Shown here: piece after piece, positions 10,526 to 21,097 of the stretch | Layout of the letters: each line of letters begins with the position of its first letter | Numbering within the stretch: position 1 is the first letter of the stretch | Assembly: GCA_963829055.1 (NCBI GenBank) | Contig: CAWHHI010000011.1 | Coordinates: 608,001 to 672,000 of the forward strand | Direction of reading: 5' to 3' | From: an uncultured Gemmatimonadaceae bacterium | GTDB taxonomy: Bacteria; Gemmatimonadota; Gemmatimonadetes; Gemmatimonadales; Gemmatimonadaceae | Length of the DNA: 64,000 nucleotides | Program-made: the position numbers and the translations under genes | Notes under the pieces: model-generated | Database searches by the model: none | Told to the model about the DNA's origin: nothing | What the model saw: the letters and a program-made list of their open reading frames with translations, nothing else

Positions 10526-12456
10526 CCGCGCAACCCGTACCCGCCGAATCCGCGCCACGCGATGTGGCTGACGAATCGGTCCACGCTCGTCTGGAACGCG
10601 TCTGGGCAAACAAGCCCGGACTGTGGGGCTGGATCACGTCCGTCAATCACAAGTCGATCGCGCTCCGCTCCATCATCACCGCGTTCGCGTTCTTCGCCCT
10701 CGCCGGTGTGGAAGCCGCGCTCATCCGCGTTCAGCTCGCGCGCCCCGAGAATTCGCTCATCGGCCCCGACCGGTACAACCAGCTGTTCACGGTGCACGGA
10801 TCGACGATGATGTTCCTGTTCGCCGTGCCCGTCGTGCAGTCGGTCGCGCTGTACCTCGTGCCGATGATGATCGGCACGCGCAACGTCGCCTTCCCGCGTC
10901 TCAACGCGTTCGGGTACTGGACGTACCTGATCGGCGGCGTGCTGCTGTACGTCGGGCTGTTCACGAACACCGGCCCGGACCAGGGGTGGTTCAGCTACCC
11001 GCCGCTCGCGGGGCCCGAGTTCTCGCCGGGTAAGCGCGTCGACATCTGGGCGCAGATGATCACGTTCACGGAGATCGCGGCGATCGTCGCCGCCATCGAG
11101 ATCATCGCGACGGTCTTCAAGCAGCGCGCGCCCGGCATGTCGCTCAATCGCGTACCGCTGTTCGTCTGGGCGATGGTCATCATGTCGTTCATGGTGCTCG
11201 TCGCGATGCCATTCGTCGCGACCGCCAGCATGATGCTGGCGATGGATCGGCTCATCGCGACGCAGTTCTTCAATCCGGCCGAAGGCGGCGATGCGCTGCT
11301 CTGGCAGCACCTGTTCTGGTTCTTCGCGCATCCCGAGGTCTACATCATCTTCATCCCGGCGCTCGGGATGGTGTCGTCCATCGTCGCGACGTTCTCGCGA
11401 CGGCCGGTGTTCGGCTACACCGCGATCGTGCTCTCGATGGTGTCGGTGGCGTTCCTGTCGTTCGGACTGTGGGTGCACCACATGTTCGCGACGCCGCTTC
11501 CGCAGACCGGCCAGAGCTTCTTCACGGCCGCGAGCGCGATGATCGCGATCCCGACCGGCGTCCAGATCTTCTGCTGGATCGCGACGATCTGGGCCGGACG
11601 ACCGCGCTTCACGACGCCGATGCTGTTCGTCGTCGGCTTCATCGCGCTGTTCACCATCGGCGGACTGTCCGGGCTCATGATCGCCGCGGTTCCGGTCGAC
11701 CTGCAGCTCACCGACACGTTCTTCCTCCCGGGTCACATCCACTACGTGCTGCTCGGCGGCATGGTGTTCCCGTTGTTAGGCGGCGTGTTCTACTGGTTCC
11801 CAAAGATCACCGGGCGGATGCTCAGCGAGTCACTCGGCAAGCTGAGCTTCTGGCTGCTGTTCGTCGGCGTGAACGTCACGTTCTTCCCGCAGCTGTTGTT
11901 AGGCATGGCCGGCATGCCGCGGCGCATCTACACGTACAGCGCGGACACAGGCTGGGGCCCGCTGAACATGACGTCCAGCGTGGGCGCCGCGCTGCTCGCG
12001 CTTGGCATCATCGTTCTCGTCGTGAACATCGCCCGCGCACTCGCGTCCGAGCCTAACGCCGGCGCGGACCCATGGGGCGGTGAGACGCTCGAGTGGGCCA
12101 TGAGCTCGCCCGCGCCCGACTATAACTTCGCCTACATCCCGATCGTGCACGGACGCAGCGCCCTGTGGGCCGATACAGGTCCGCTCGAGGCCGTGTCCGG
12201 CCTGCGAGAGGACCGCCGCGAGGTGCTGGAGACGACGATGCTCGACGCGGAGCCCGACGCGCGCCACGAGCACCCCGATCCGACGATCACACCGCTGCTC
12301 GCCGCCATCGCGGTCGGCATCACGCTGATCTGGGGCATCTTCGACCCAATCGCGTTCGCTGTCGGTGGCGTACTGACGTTCTTCGCCCTGGTCGCGTGGG
12401 GATGGCCCAGGCGAGAGAAGCCGAACACGCGTGAGATCGTGGAGACACCGCAATGA
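10522..12456 (+). CDS. coxA: Heme-copper oxidase subunit I (A-family-like) with C-terminal extension
   Basis: TVHGSTMMF, WFFAHPEVYI, WVHHM, GHIHYV, GMPRR; GTG start overlapping coxB stop. Confidence 0.95.
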   Translation: MTAQPVPAESAPRDVADESVHARLERVWANKPGLWGWITSVNHKSIALRSIITAFAFFALAGVEAALIRVQLARPENSLIGPDRYNQLFTVHGSTMMFLFAVPVVQSVALYLVPMMIGTRNVAFPRLNAFGYWTYLIGGVLLYVGLFTNTGPDQGWFSYPPLAGPEFSPGKRVDIWAQMITFTEIAAIVAAIEIIATVFKQRAPGMSLNRVPLFVWAMVIMSFMVLVAMPFVATASMMLAMDRLIATQFFNPAEGGDALLWQHLFWFFAHPEVYIIFIPALGMVSSIVATFSRRPVFGYTAIVLSMVSVAFLSFGLWVHHMFATPLPQTGQSFFTAASAMIAIPTGVQIFCWIATIWAGRPRFTTPMLFVVGFIALFTIGGLSGLMIAAVPVDLQLTDTFFLPGHIHYVLLGGMVFPLLGGVFYWFPKITGRMLSESLGKLSFWLLFVGVNVTFFPQLLLGMAGMPRRIYTYSADTGWGPLNMTSSVGAALLALGIIVLVVNIARALASEPNAGADPWGGETLEWAMSSPAPDYNFAYIPIVHGRSALWADTGPLEAVSGLREDRREVLETTMLDAEPDARHEHPDPTITPLLAAIAVGITLIWGIFDPIAFAVGGVLTFFALVAWGWPRREKPNTREIVETPQ

Positions 12457-13106
12457 CGGTCGTCGGCCAGATCCCCGCGGATACGGCGAGCGCGGCCGCA
12501 CGACCGCTGCGTCCGGTCTTCGACGCGAGCGAGCTGCCGAGCGTTGCGTTTGGGAGCCGGACGGTGACCTGGTGGGGAACCGTCGGCTTCATGGTCGCCG
12601 AGACGGCGACGCTGGCCGCGTGCGTCGCTGCCTACTACTACGTGCGCCGCAACTTCAACGCGTGGCCACCGCTGCACACGCCGCTGCCCGATCTGCTCAT
12701 CCCGACGATCAGTCTCGTCGTGCTGATCCTCTCGGTGATCCCCTGCTACCTCTTCGCGAAAGCGTCGGAGCGGCTCGACGAAGCGGCGACGAAGCGGTGG
12801 ATGTGGATCGCGGTCGTCGTCATGATGGCGGCGACAGCGCTGCGGTTCCTCGAGTTCGGAGCGCTCAACGTACGCTGGGACGCGAATGCGTACGCGTCCG
12901 TTGCGTGGGCGATCGTCTTCGCGCACTTCACGCTCCTGCTCGCCGATACGCTCGAGACGCTGGTGTTCGCCGTCATTCTGACACGCGGTGACGCGCCGCC
13001 GCGCTTTTTCCCCGGCTTCGCCGAGGACGCGTTCTACACGTACTTCATGGTGCTGGCGTGGATTCCGTGTTACGTGACGGTGTACCTCGTGCCGCACTGG
13101 GTCTGA
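12453..13106 (+). CDS. Cytochrome c oxidase subunit III-like membrane protein
   Basis: About 5 TM helices; ANAYASVAWAIVFAH and DAFYTYF...W segments resemble the subunit III C-terminal half; position in operon. Confidence 0.8.
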   Translation: MTVVGQIPADTASAAARPLRPVFDASELPSVAFGSRTVTWWGTVGFMVAETATLAACVAAYYYVRRNFNAWPPLHTPLPDLLIPTISLVVLILSVIPCYLFAKASERLDEAATKRWMWIAVVVMMAATALRFLEFGALNVRWDANAYASVAWAIVFAHFTLLLADTLETLVFAVILTRGDAPPRFFPGFAEDAFYTYFMVLAWIPCYVTVYLVPHWV

Positions 13107-13109
13107 CGC

Positions 13110-13505
13110 ATGGCCACTGTCGACGTTCGCCCCGAAGCGCCACCGCGTGAGCATCCACCGGTGTCCGATACCGCGCTCTGGGTCTCGGTGCTCACCGGTC
13201 CGCTCGTGTTCCTGCTCAACCTCCAGATCAACTACGTCATGGTGGATTGGGCGTGCAACACCGGCAACGACTGGTCGCTGCACGTCGTTCACCTGGTGTG
13301 CCTTGTTGTCTCGGCCGCTGCCGGGTTCCTCGGCTTCTCGATGTGGAGACGCATCGGGGCAGAGTGGCCCGACCCCGGCGCCGGGTCGGTGTCTCGGTCG
13401 CGATTGCTGGCCATGGTCGGGGCGTTAGGCGGGGCGCTGTTCGCCATCAGCATCTTCGCGCAGTGGATCACGGTGATGGTCCTCGGCACGTGTCCCCGGG
13501 CCTGA
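13110..13505 (+). CDS. Small membrane protein of the oxidase operon
   Basis: Three hydrophobic helices, WAC and C-terminal CP; sits between subunit III-like gene and ctaG. Confidence 0.7.
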   Translation: MATVDVRPEAPPREHPPVSDTALWVSVLTGPLVFLLNLQINYVMVDWACNTGNDWSLHVVHLVCLVVSAAAGFLGFSMWRRIGAEWPDPGAGSVSRSRLLAMVGALGGALFAISIFAQWITVMVLGTCPRA

Positions 13506-14419
13506 TCGTCTTCGCACACATCGGCGCACCGCTCCGGCCACACGATCTGTGGCGAGCGTGGACGTTCGAACCGGTGACGATCGTTCTGCTCGTGCTTTCC
13601 GCCGGGATGTACGCGCGTGGGCTGACGCGCCTCTGGCACGCGGCAGGTGTTGCGCGTGGCGTGCGTCGCCGCGACGCATGGGCCTTCGCGGCCGGGTGGA
13701 CGCTGCTGGCCCTCGCGCTCCTGTCACCACTCCACGCGCTCGGCGGCGTGCTGTTCTCGGCCCACATGACGCAGCACGAGCTGCTGATGACCGTGGCGGC
13801 GCCACTGTTGGTGTTAGGCAGACCGCTCATTCCATTCGTCTGGGCGCTCTCGCCGCGGTGGCGGAGGATCAGCGGACGCTGGGTGAGCGCGCGCGTAGTC
13901 GCGCAGCCATGGCACGTGCTGACTCATCCGGCGAGCGCGTTCCTGCTCCATGGAGCAGCGATCTGGTTCTGGCATCTGCCGTCACTCTATGATGCGACCG
14001 TCGAGAGTGAGCTCATGCACACGGCGCAACACCTGAGCTTCGTGCTCACCGCATTGCTGTTCTGGTGGGTGGTACTTCAGCCAAGTGGCGTGCGTGGTGG
14101 CGCGCCTGCGTCTATCGGAATGCTGTTCGGCACCGTGCTGCATACTGGAGCGCTCGGTGCGCTCCTCACGCTGACGTCGCGGCTCATCTACTCCGCGTAC
14201 GCGACGACGACGGGACCATGGGGCCTCACGCCAGTCGAGGACCAGCAGCTCGGCGGCATCATCATGTGGGTGCCCGGCGGACTGGCGTACGTCGTCGCGG
14301 CGCTGGCCCTGGTGGTGAGGATGCTTCGTGAGTCGGAGCACCGCGTCGCGCGACGCGAGTTGGCACGTGCATCGACATTCGATGCAGGGCAGTCGCATTC
14401 TGGCTGGGACCCCATTTGA
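13502..14419 (+). CDS. ctaG: Caa3-type cytochrome c oxidase assembly factor
   Basis: LFSAHMTQHELL, WFWHLP, HTAQHLSF, EDQQLGGIIMWVPGG; start uncertain (CTG at 13502 overlapping the previous stop). Confidence 0.9.
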   Translation: MIVFAHIGAPLRPHDLWRAWTFEPVTIVLLVLSAGMYARGLTRLWHAAGVARGVRRRDAWAFAAGWTLLALALLSPLHALGGVLFSAHMTQHELLMTVAAPLLVLGRPLIPFVWALSPRWRRISGRWVSARVVAQPWHVLTHPASAFLLHGAAIWFWHLPSLYDATVESELMHTAQHLSFVLTALLFWWVVLQPSGVRGGAPASIGMLFGTVLHTGALGALLTLTSRLIYSAYATTTGPWGLTPVEDQQLGGIIMWVPGGLAYVVAALALVVRMLRESEHRVARRELARASTFDAGQSHSGWDPI

Positions 14420-14693
14420 TGTCGGAAATCATCACGGAGTCCCTGTTGGGCGTAGATGCCGCCAGTGAAGCCATCGCCGAGTCGCCCTGCGTCACACCCC
14501 ATGTCGTCAGGCGGCTCGTGGCACGTGCATGGTGGCTCGTGTGTCTGCTACCTGCCGCGGTCCTGCTCGCCGTCGCCATGTCGCGCGGATGAAACACGTC
14601 CTCGACTAGTCAGGCCCGTGCCGGCACGAGACACGCGATTGCGAGCGATGAACCTACCCGAGTGATCGATGCCGCCATATCAAGCCGTCGCGG

Positions 14694-15542
14694 ATGCCAA
14701 GGCGGATGAGCGCCGTGAGCCGCCACCGGACCAAGGGTCCGGAGCTCGAGGAGAAGGAAAAGAAGAAGGCGGACGAGGAGGAGTCGCTCAACGCGAGCAT
14801 CACCTACGAGGTGATTCGCCGCGAGGGCGAGACGGAGCTCGAGCGTTCACCGCAGGCGCTCGCCTGGTCGGGGCTCGCGGCCGGGCTTTCCATGGGGTTC
14901 ATCCTCGTCGCGGAGGGATTACTCCGCTCGCACCTGCCTGACGCGCCGTGGCGGCCGCTCGTCGCGAAGCTCGGCTACAGCGTCGGCTTTCTCATCGTGA
15001 TTCTGGGGAGTCAGCAGCTGTACACCGAGAATACGCTCACGCCGATCGTCCCGCTGCTGACGCGGAAGTCCGGCGAGATGCTTGGCCGCGTGCTGCGACT
15101 GTGGGCGATCGTGCTCGTGACGAATCTCGTGGGCACGATCGTGTTCGCGTGGGTGCTGGCGCGAACGACACTGTTCGACCCCGAGGTACACGTCGCGTTT
15201 CTGGGCGTAGCGAGCGAGGCGCTTCGCGGGGAGTTCGCCACGACGTTCCTGCGCGCGATCTTCGCCGGCTGGCTCATTGCGCTGATGGTCTGGATGCTGC
15301 CGGCGTCACAGCAGGAGCAGGTGCCGGTGATCGTGGGGATGACGTACCTCGTGGGCGTCGCGGGTCTGGCGCACATCATCGCGGGGTCGACGGAGGTGGC
15401 GTACCTGGTCGCGCGTGGCGCGGCGACGTGGGGGGACTACTTCGGCCGGTTCGTGATTCCGACCGCGTTGGGTAATACGTTAGGCGGGGTGACGCTCGTC
15501 GCCGCGCTCAATCATGCCCAGGTAGTTGGTGGGAAGGATTGA
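14694..15542 (+). CDS. Formate/nitrite transporter family protein (YfdC-like)
   Basis: SGLAAGLSMGF, QQLYTENT, AHIIAGS, GNTLGG motifs; exact start uncertain. Confidence 0.88.
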   Translation: MPRRMSAVSRHRTKGPELEEKEKKKADEEESLNASITYEVIRREGETELERSPQALAWSGLAAGLSMGFILVAEGLLRSHLPDAPWRPLVAKLGYSVGFLIVILGSQQLYTENTLTPIVPLLTRKSGEMLGRVLRLWAIVLVTNLVGTIVFAWVLARTTLFDPEVHVAFLGVASEALRGEFATTFLRAIFAGWLIALMVWMLPASQQEQVPVIVGMTYLVGVAGLAHIIAGSTEVAYLVARGAATWGDYFGRFVIPTALGNTLGGVTLVAALNHAQVVGGKD

Positions 15543-15573
15543 TTGCCGACAAGACAGATGGTTCATCTCGAGG

Positions 15574-15835
15574 TCCAACAGCGACGCAGAAGACGCAGGC
15601 GGGCGCTCGCGGGCGCAACGCAGAAGGACGCAGAAACTGCAACACTCCTATGGGGACAGGCCCTGTTGCCGGTCAGGCCACGAAAAACGGGGAACCGCTT
15701 CGGGCGAGCCAATGCGTCCCGAGGTCGTCCCCCTTTTCAAAGCTTGGCGCACCGCGACTGTCCCGAGCGGCTGTTTTCCTGCGTCCTTCTGCGTTGCGCG
15801 CAGAGCGCGCCTGCGTATTCTGCGTCGCTGTTGGA
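15574..15835. repeat. Long inverted-repeat element (family C, ACGCAGAA-rich arms) with internal hairpin
   Basis: TCCAACAGCGACGCAGAAGACGCAGGCG...CGCAACGCAGAAGGACGCAG versus CTGCGTCCTTCTGCGTTGCG...CGCCTGCGTATTCTGCGTCGCTGTTGGA; a second copy of the right arm lies at ~24290-24348. Confidence 0.85.
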
Positions 15836-15847
15836 GGCGCGACGCAA

Positions 15848-16819
15848 CTATGCGGACCACGCCGTCGGACGCCGGTCCCACCGATGTGATCGCAAACGCG
15901 ACACGAGCTCGGGGTCCAGCGGGCCGCGGTCGCTCGCCCTGATGTTCGCCTGGACGTGTGGGACGCGGCGCATGCCCGGGATGACCGTCGCGACGTCGGC
16001 GTTCGCGAGAATAAATCGCAGCGCCAACTCAGGCAGAGTCGACCCCTGCGGTACGAGCGGTGTGAGCGCATCCACGCGATCCATCGTCGGGCCGAGGTTC
16101 TCGGGGCCGAAGTAGATCCGCCGGAAGTCGCCTTGGGGGAACTGCGTCTCCCTCGTTAGGTGGCCCGTCAGCGAGCCTTCGTCGAAGGGAACCCGCGCGA
16201 TCACCGCGATGCCGAGCTCGCGACACAGCGGGAAGAGCTCATCTTCCGGCGCCTGGTCGAAGATGTTGTAGATGACCTGCACGGCGTCGATGAGACCCGT
16301 GCGCAGCGTCTCGAGGCCGTTCTCCGGTTCCCAGCGGTTGACGCTGATGCCCGCGCCGCCGATGAGCCCTTCGCGCTTCAGGTCTTCGATCACGCGCTGC
16401 CAGCGGTCGTCGCGCGCCCACGCGTCTTCCCAGACGTGGAACTGCAGCAGATCCACCGACTCGAGGCCGAGATTCTCGAGGCTGGACTCGGCGTAGCGGC
16501 GGATGTGATCGGGCGGAAACACGTCGTCGAGTGAGAACTCCGGACGCGACGGCCACGTCCGGTTCTTCGGCGGAACCTTTGTCGCCGTGTACAGGCGCTG
16601 GTCGGGATGCGCCCGCACGAGCTCGCCGAGGAAGCGCTCGCTGCGGCCGTCGCCGTACGCCCATGCGGTGTCGAAGAAGTTGCACCCGAGACGCACCGCT
16701 TCGTCGAGCGCCTGACGAGTCAGGTCATCGTCGGACCCGGTCCAGCCAGCGAGCCCCCACATGCCGTAGCCGACTTCGCTGACCTTCCAGCCCAGTCGGC
16801 CGAACGTCCGATATTGCAT
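15848..16819 (-). CDS. Aldo/keto reductase
   Basis: VSEVGYGMW, FFDTAWAYG, ATK, DLLQFH, VIPG motifs. Confidence 0.92.
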   Translation of the reverse strand: MQYRTFGRLGWKVSEVGYGMWGLAGWTGSDDDLTRQALDEAVRLGCNFFDTAWAYGDGRSERFLGELVRAHPDQRLYTATKVPPKNRTWPSRPEFSLDDVFPPDHIRRYAESSLENLGLESVDLLQFHVWEDAWARDDRWQRVIEDLKREGLIGGAGISVNRWEPENGLETLRTGLIDAVQVIYNIFDQAPEDELFPLCRELGIAVIARVPFDEGSLTGHLTRETQFPQGDFRRIYFGPENLGPTMDRVDALTPLVPQGSTLPELALRFILANADVATVIPGMRRVPHVQANIRASDRGPLDPELVSRLRSHRWDRRPTAWSA

Positions 16820-16979
16820 GATCCGATGACCTAACGAGAACGGTGAGCGCCTGCGAACGGGGCGGGAATCTGAAAGCTAGCAGAAGCGCTAGCAGCAAGG
16901 CGACCAGCGACCAGCACGAGCGACCAGCCACAAGCTGCAGTGATCAGTTCCCGTTGCGGTTCCCCGTTCCCGGTTCCCG

Positions 16980-19900
16980 CTACGGTCTCGGCCGTCGGTT
17001 CTGTCCACCCTGCTGCTGTCCCGCGTTCTTGATGCGGTCCGGCAACCGCGCCCACTGCTCCGCCGTCAATATCGCCTCCGCCTCGGCTACCGCCTTCTGG
17101 GCATTTGCTCGGCCCTCCTCGAGTTTCGGCCGCAGCGCGCCGAACAGCGCTCCCGGATCCGGGTTCGCGCCCGCCTTCTCGATCTCCTTTCGCACCTCCT
17201 CCGATACGCGCTGATTTCTCGCATCGAGCGAGTCGCGCAGCGTCGTTAGGCGAACGGTCTGCGAATCCGTGAGCGCGATCGAGTCCTTGCGCGCCAGGAT
17301 CTGCGTGATCGGGTTCGGGAGCACGCGCTCGAATCGCGACGCGAAATTGCCCGGGCCTCCGGGGCCGCCGGTTCGCCCAACGCCGCGTTGCGCGAGTGCG
17401 CCGCGGACGAGATCGCGCGTGCGATCCGGTCCGAGCGTGTAGCGTGCCTGGAAGCCGATCTGAAACGGCAGAACAACGCTTCCCTGCCCACTTCTCTGTG
17501 CGCCGAAGCGCTCGTTCACCTGATAGAGATACCGCTCCGACGACGCGTCGAACCCGCGCACGTACAACAGCGTCGGGTCACCTGCGCGGAAGCTTCCCCA
17601 ACCCTGCAGGTTTTTCTGACCATTGAACAGCTGATCGATGCCGCCGAGGAAGTTGACCGTCGTCACCGAGAGCATGAGGCGTCGGTCGAGTCCGAGCGCG
17701 CGCGGACGGTAGTTCACCTGAAAATCGAGCGACGGCTGCCACGGACCCGTGCACGAGTTGCGACCCGCCACGGCACCGATCTGCGAGCGCAGGCAATCAG
17801 CGACGCTGGAGGAGCTCTTGTCGATGAGCCGCTGCATCGCGTTCGCCACGCCTGTATCGGCCGTGGCGCTCGGGATCGAAAACGAACGCGCGGTCGTTGC
17901 GTGCGCCGTCGGCGTTGATGTCCGACGCGACGATCGGTGTGAACGGCGCACCCGAGGACAGACGCGCAATCGTCGTGAGCTCGAGCCCTTCGTTGAACGG
18001 ATACGTCACCGTCCCCACGATCGAGTGTCGCCGATCGAAGTTGCTCGGCGCCCATTCCCGGACGTTCGGATCGCCGGCGGTTGTTGCCGAAGCGAAGCCA
18101 CCGGTTGCGGAGCCGCCGCCCGCGGAGGATTGATCGCGCGATCGCCCGAGCGTGTACGACACGTTGAAGATCGCGCCCGAGCGCGTGATGCCGTTCGCGC
18201 CCACCGTCACCTGTTCGCTGTGCGACGCGAGATCCGACCCTACCGCGATCACCTGACCATACTGCGGCGCGATTCGGGACGAGGCGATCGACACAACGCC
18301 CGTCGCCGGCACGATGGCCGACGCGTCCGCGAAGACCGGTCGCCCACCTTCCGCCGCGAGTCCGAATCGCGGCGTGACGTTCAGATTCAGATCGCGGAAG
18401 CCGTACTGGTTCACGCCGCGCGCATAGTTCGCGTCCACGGACAGCTGCATGCGATCGAAGACTCGTCGCTGAGCACCTAACGACGCGCGCCATGCGCGCG
18501 GCGCGCCGAAATTCGGGTCGAACACCGTCACGTTAGGCCGAGCAGTCGTGGGAGGCGTGTTGACGGTGCCGCCGGCACAGGTGGCGGGGATGTCCGAGGC
18601 ATCACCCGACAGATTGTCCCAGTTCGGCGCCGGAACGAACGCGCCGATGCAGTAGAGCTGCGATTCGGACAGCAACAGCCCGGTCGCGTTCTGTGCCGCC
18701 GAGTAGAGCGATGTCGGAATGACGCTCCGGAACTCTCCGATGCCACCGCGGATGATGACGGGCGTCGTCTGGGCGGCTGTGGCGTTAGGCCTGGCGCCGT
18801 TTCCACCGCCGGCAGCGCCTCCACCACCTCCTCGCCGTCCGCCGCCAGGACCGCCGCCTCCGAACCCGCCAGCACCAAAGCCCCCGCCCGTTCCGGCTCC
18901 TCCCAACGCCCATGTGAAACCGACGCGCGGGCTCACACGCACGTCGGTCGGGATCTCGTCTGTCCGGTAGCCGAAGAGCTGCTCGACCGCCGGGTTGTAC
19001 GCCGGTGCGCCGTTGAACTGCGATCGCTCGAGGCGTGCGCCGTACGTGAGTTGCAGCGAGCGTGATTGCCGCCACGTGTCACCCATGTACACCGCGGAGT
19101 TGACGCTCGTGCCGCTTCGGATGCGCGGCGACAGGGTGCGGGTGAAGCTCGACGGGCGGTTGGCCTCGAGATCCTCGAGCGAGTTGAACGTGTACGTCCC
19201 AAGGCGGTTCGTCGTCATGTTCTGGTCGAACCGCGATCCGCTGAACAGCAGCCCGAGCTTGATCCGGTGATCGCCGTTGCCGGACAGCCAGGAGAGCTCG
19301 TCCGAGAGGTCGAGGCTCCTCGTGTGCGACCACTGCGGTAGCCCGGCGTTGCCGCCGAACACGAGCGTCGTGATGGACCGCGCATCGGTGAGGTCCGAGT
19401 TCACCTGCACGCGTCCCGCCGGCAGAACGGCGAACGGGTCGGAGTGGCGTTGGTCGGTCTGCCCGTACGCGCGCAGCTCGTTGATGAATCTGCCGGCGAA
19501 GTTCGATGACAGCACCGCCATCACGCCGCCGCCACTGCTCTGCTGGTTTCCGCCCGTCTGCGGGAGCGAGAGTGTGCCGACGCGGGTCGGATCCTGACCG
19601 GTTCCGCGAAAGTCGCCGCGCAGCGTTAGGGTATGCCCATTCGACGCGAGCCAGTCCACGCGCACGAGCGAGGAATACGTATCCGCATCCCGGCTATCGT
19701 CGAGCCCAGTGGTCGTCGAGAGGCCGAAGCCCTGGACGATGGAGAAGAACCGATCGACGGAGTCCTGGCTGACGCCAGCCCGCTCGAGCGTCGCGGCATC
19801 GGCATTCACGAGTGACGGAACGGCGTCGATGCGACGCCTGACCTGCATCGAGCCGAACACGAACAGCTTGTCCTTCACGATGGGTCCACCGAGACCGCCG

Positions 19901-20754
19901 CTCAGCTGGTTCTGCGTGTAGCCACGGTTGAACGACGTCTCGTCGCCGGCTTCCCACGCGAGCTGGTCATCGCGCAGCGAATAGTTGAACGAGCCCTGCT
20001 TGAAGTTGCTGCCGCTGCGCGTCGTGGACGCGATCTGCCCGCCGGAAAACTGTCCGCGCGCGACATCGTAGCTGCTCGTGATGACGCGAGTGTTGCGCAC
20101 CGCGTCCTGCGGTATGGTGGACGCGCCGAACGTTAGGCCATCGAGCGTCACGCTGTTCGCGTCCGGTCGCTGGCCCGCGACGGAGAATGCCGACGCGGTG
20201 GAATCAGTGCCTTCGATGCCGACGACGCCGGGCGCGAGTGTCGCGAGCAGCGCGAGATCGGTCGGGTCGATGGGCAGCCGTGCGACCTGATCGGGCGTCA
20301 GATTTCGCTCTTGCGACCCGGGCGTCGGGCGGTCGGGGACGTCGCGCGGTGTTGGTCGAGCGCGCACGACGACGCCCTGGATCTGCGTCGGGTTCTGCGA
20401 CAGCTGCACGTTCGTGACGAGCCGGTCTTCATCGGCGACGTGCGCAACGTTGAGCGTCGCCGGCGCCATGCCGAGGAACTTGACGGTGAGCTGGTACTGC
20501 CCACCACCGTCAGGGAAGAGGATGGTGTACCGCCCGTCGGAGTTCGTGCGTGTGCGCCGCGTGACCTGGGTCTCGACCGACTTGGCTTCGACCGTAGCGC
20601 CCGGAATCGGAGCGCCGGCGGGATTGCTGACGACGCCGGTGAGAATGTCGGTCGTCGATCCAACCTGAGCGGCGGCGCGCGTGGATGAAAGCGAGAGCAG
20701 GCACAAGAGAGCAACGAGCGGAACAAACCACTCACGACGTCGAGAGCGATGCAT
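16980..20754 (-). CDS. Oar-like outer-membrane protein (carboxypeptidase-regulatory N-domain plus TonB-dependent-receptor-like barrel); frameshift at ~17873
   Basis: Signal peptide; GVVSNPAGAPIPGATV...TNSDGRY; GQFSGGQI..TTRSGSN; SPRVGFTW; Gly-rich loop; ORFs 17797..20754 and 16980..17969 join. Confidence 0.8.
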
Positions 20755-20977
20755 GCAGCGGCGAGATTTGGAGAACGAGCGGTGCTGACCAGGTTGGACG
20801 CTATAGGCTATACCGTCGTTAACGGGCTGACGTTTGCGGACGTGGGGGAAAGGGCGTACCGCGCTTCATGCATCGCCGCGGACCCTGGGGGTATCTGGCA
20901 TCGCGACGTACACCCTCGGTCACTGAGTACCGAGGAGTCAGTCGTTGGTCATCAGGTTTCAGTGGGAGTCTGTCAGT

Positions 20978-21097
20978 TGTCATTCCGAGCGAGCGTCACC
21001 GAGCGAGCGAGGAATCACGATCGCGTCCTGAGGTAGAGGGCCTCTATCGGGACGATCGCGATTCCTCGACTCGGCTTCGGCCTCGCTCGGAATGACA
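20978..21097. repeat. Family-A REP-like inverted doublet
   Basis: TGTCATTCCGAGCG...GAGGAATC...TAGAGGGCCTCTA...GATTCCTCG...CGCTCGGAATGACA. Confidence 0.9.

Noticed and set aside
16870..16980. Short heptamer-like runs (GCGACCA, TTCCCG) as a distinct element
   Set aside because: Too short and degenerate to define arms; at most remnants of the heptamer-type repeats.
18790..18910. GGN-rich low-complexity tract as a DNA repeat element
   Set aside because: Encodes an in-frame Gly-rich loop of the Oar-like protein.
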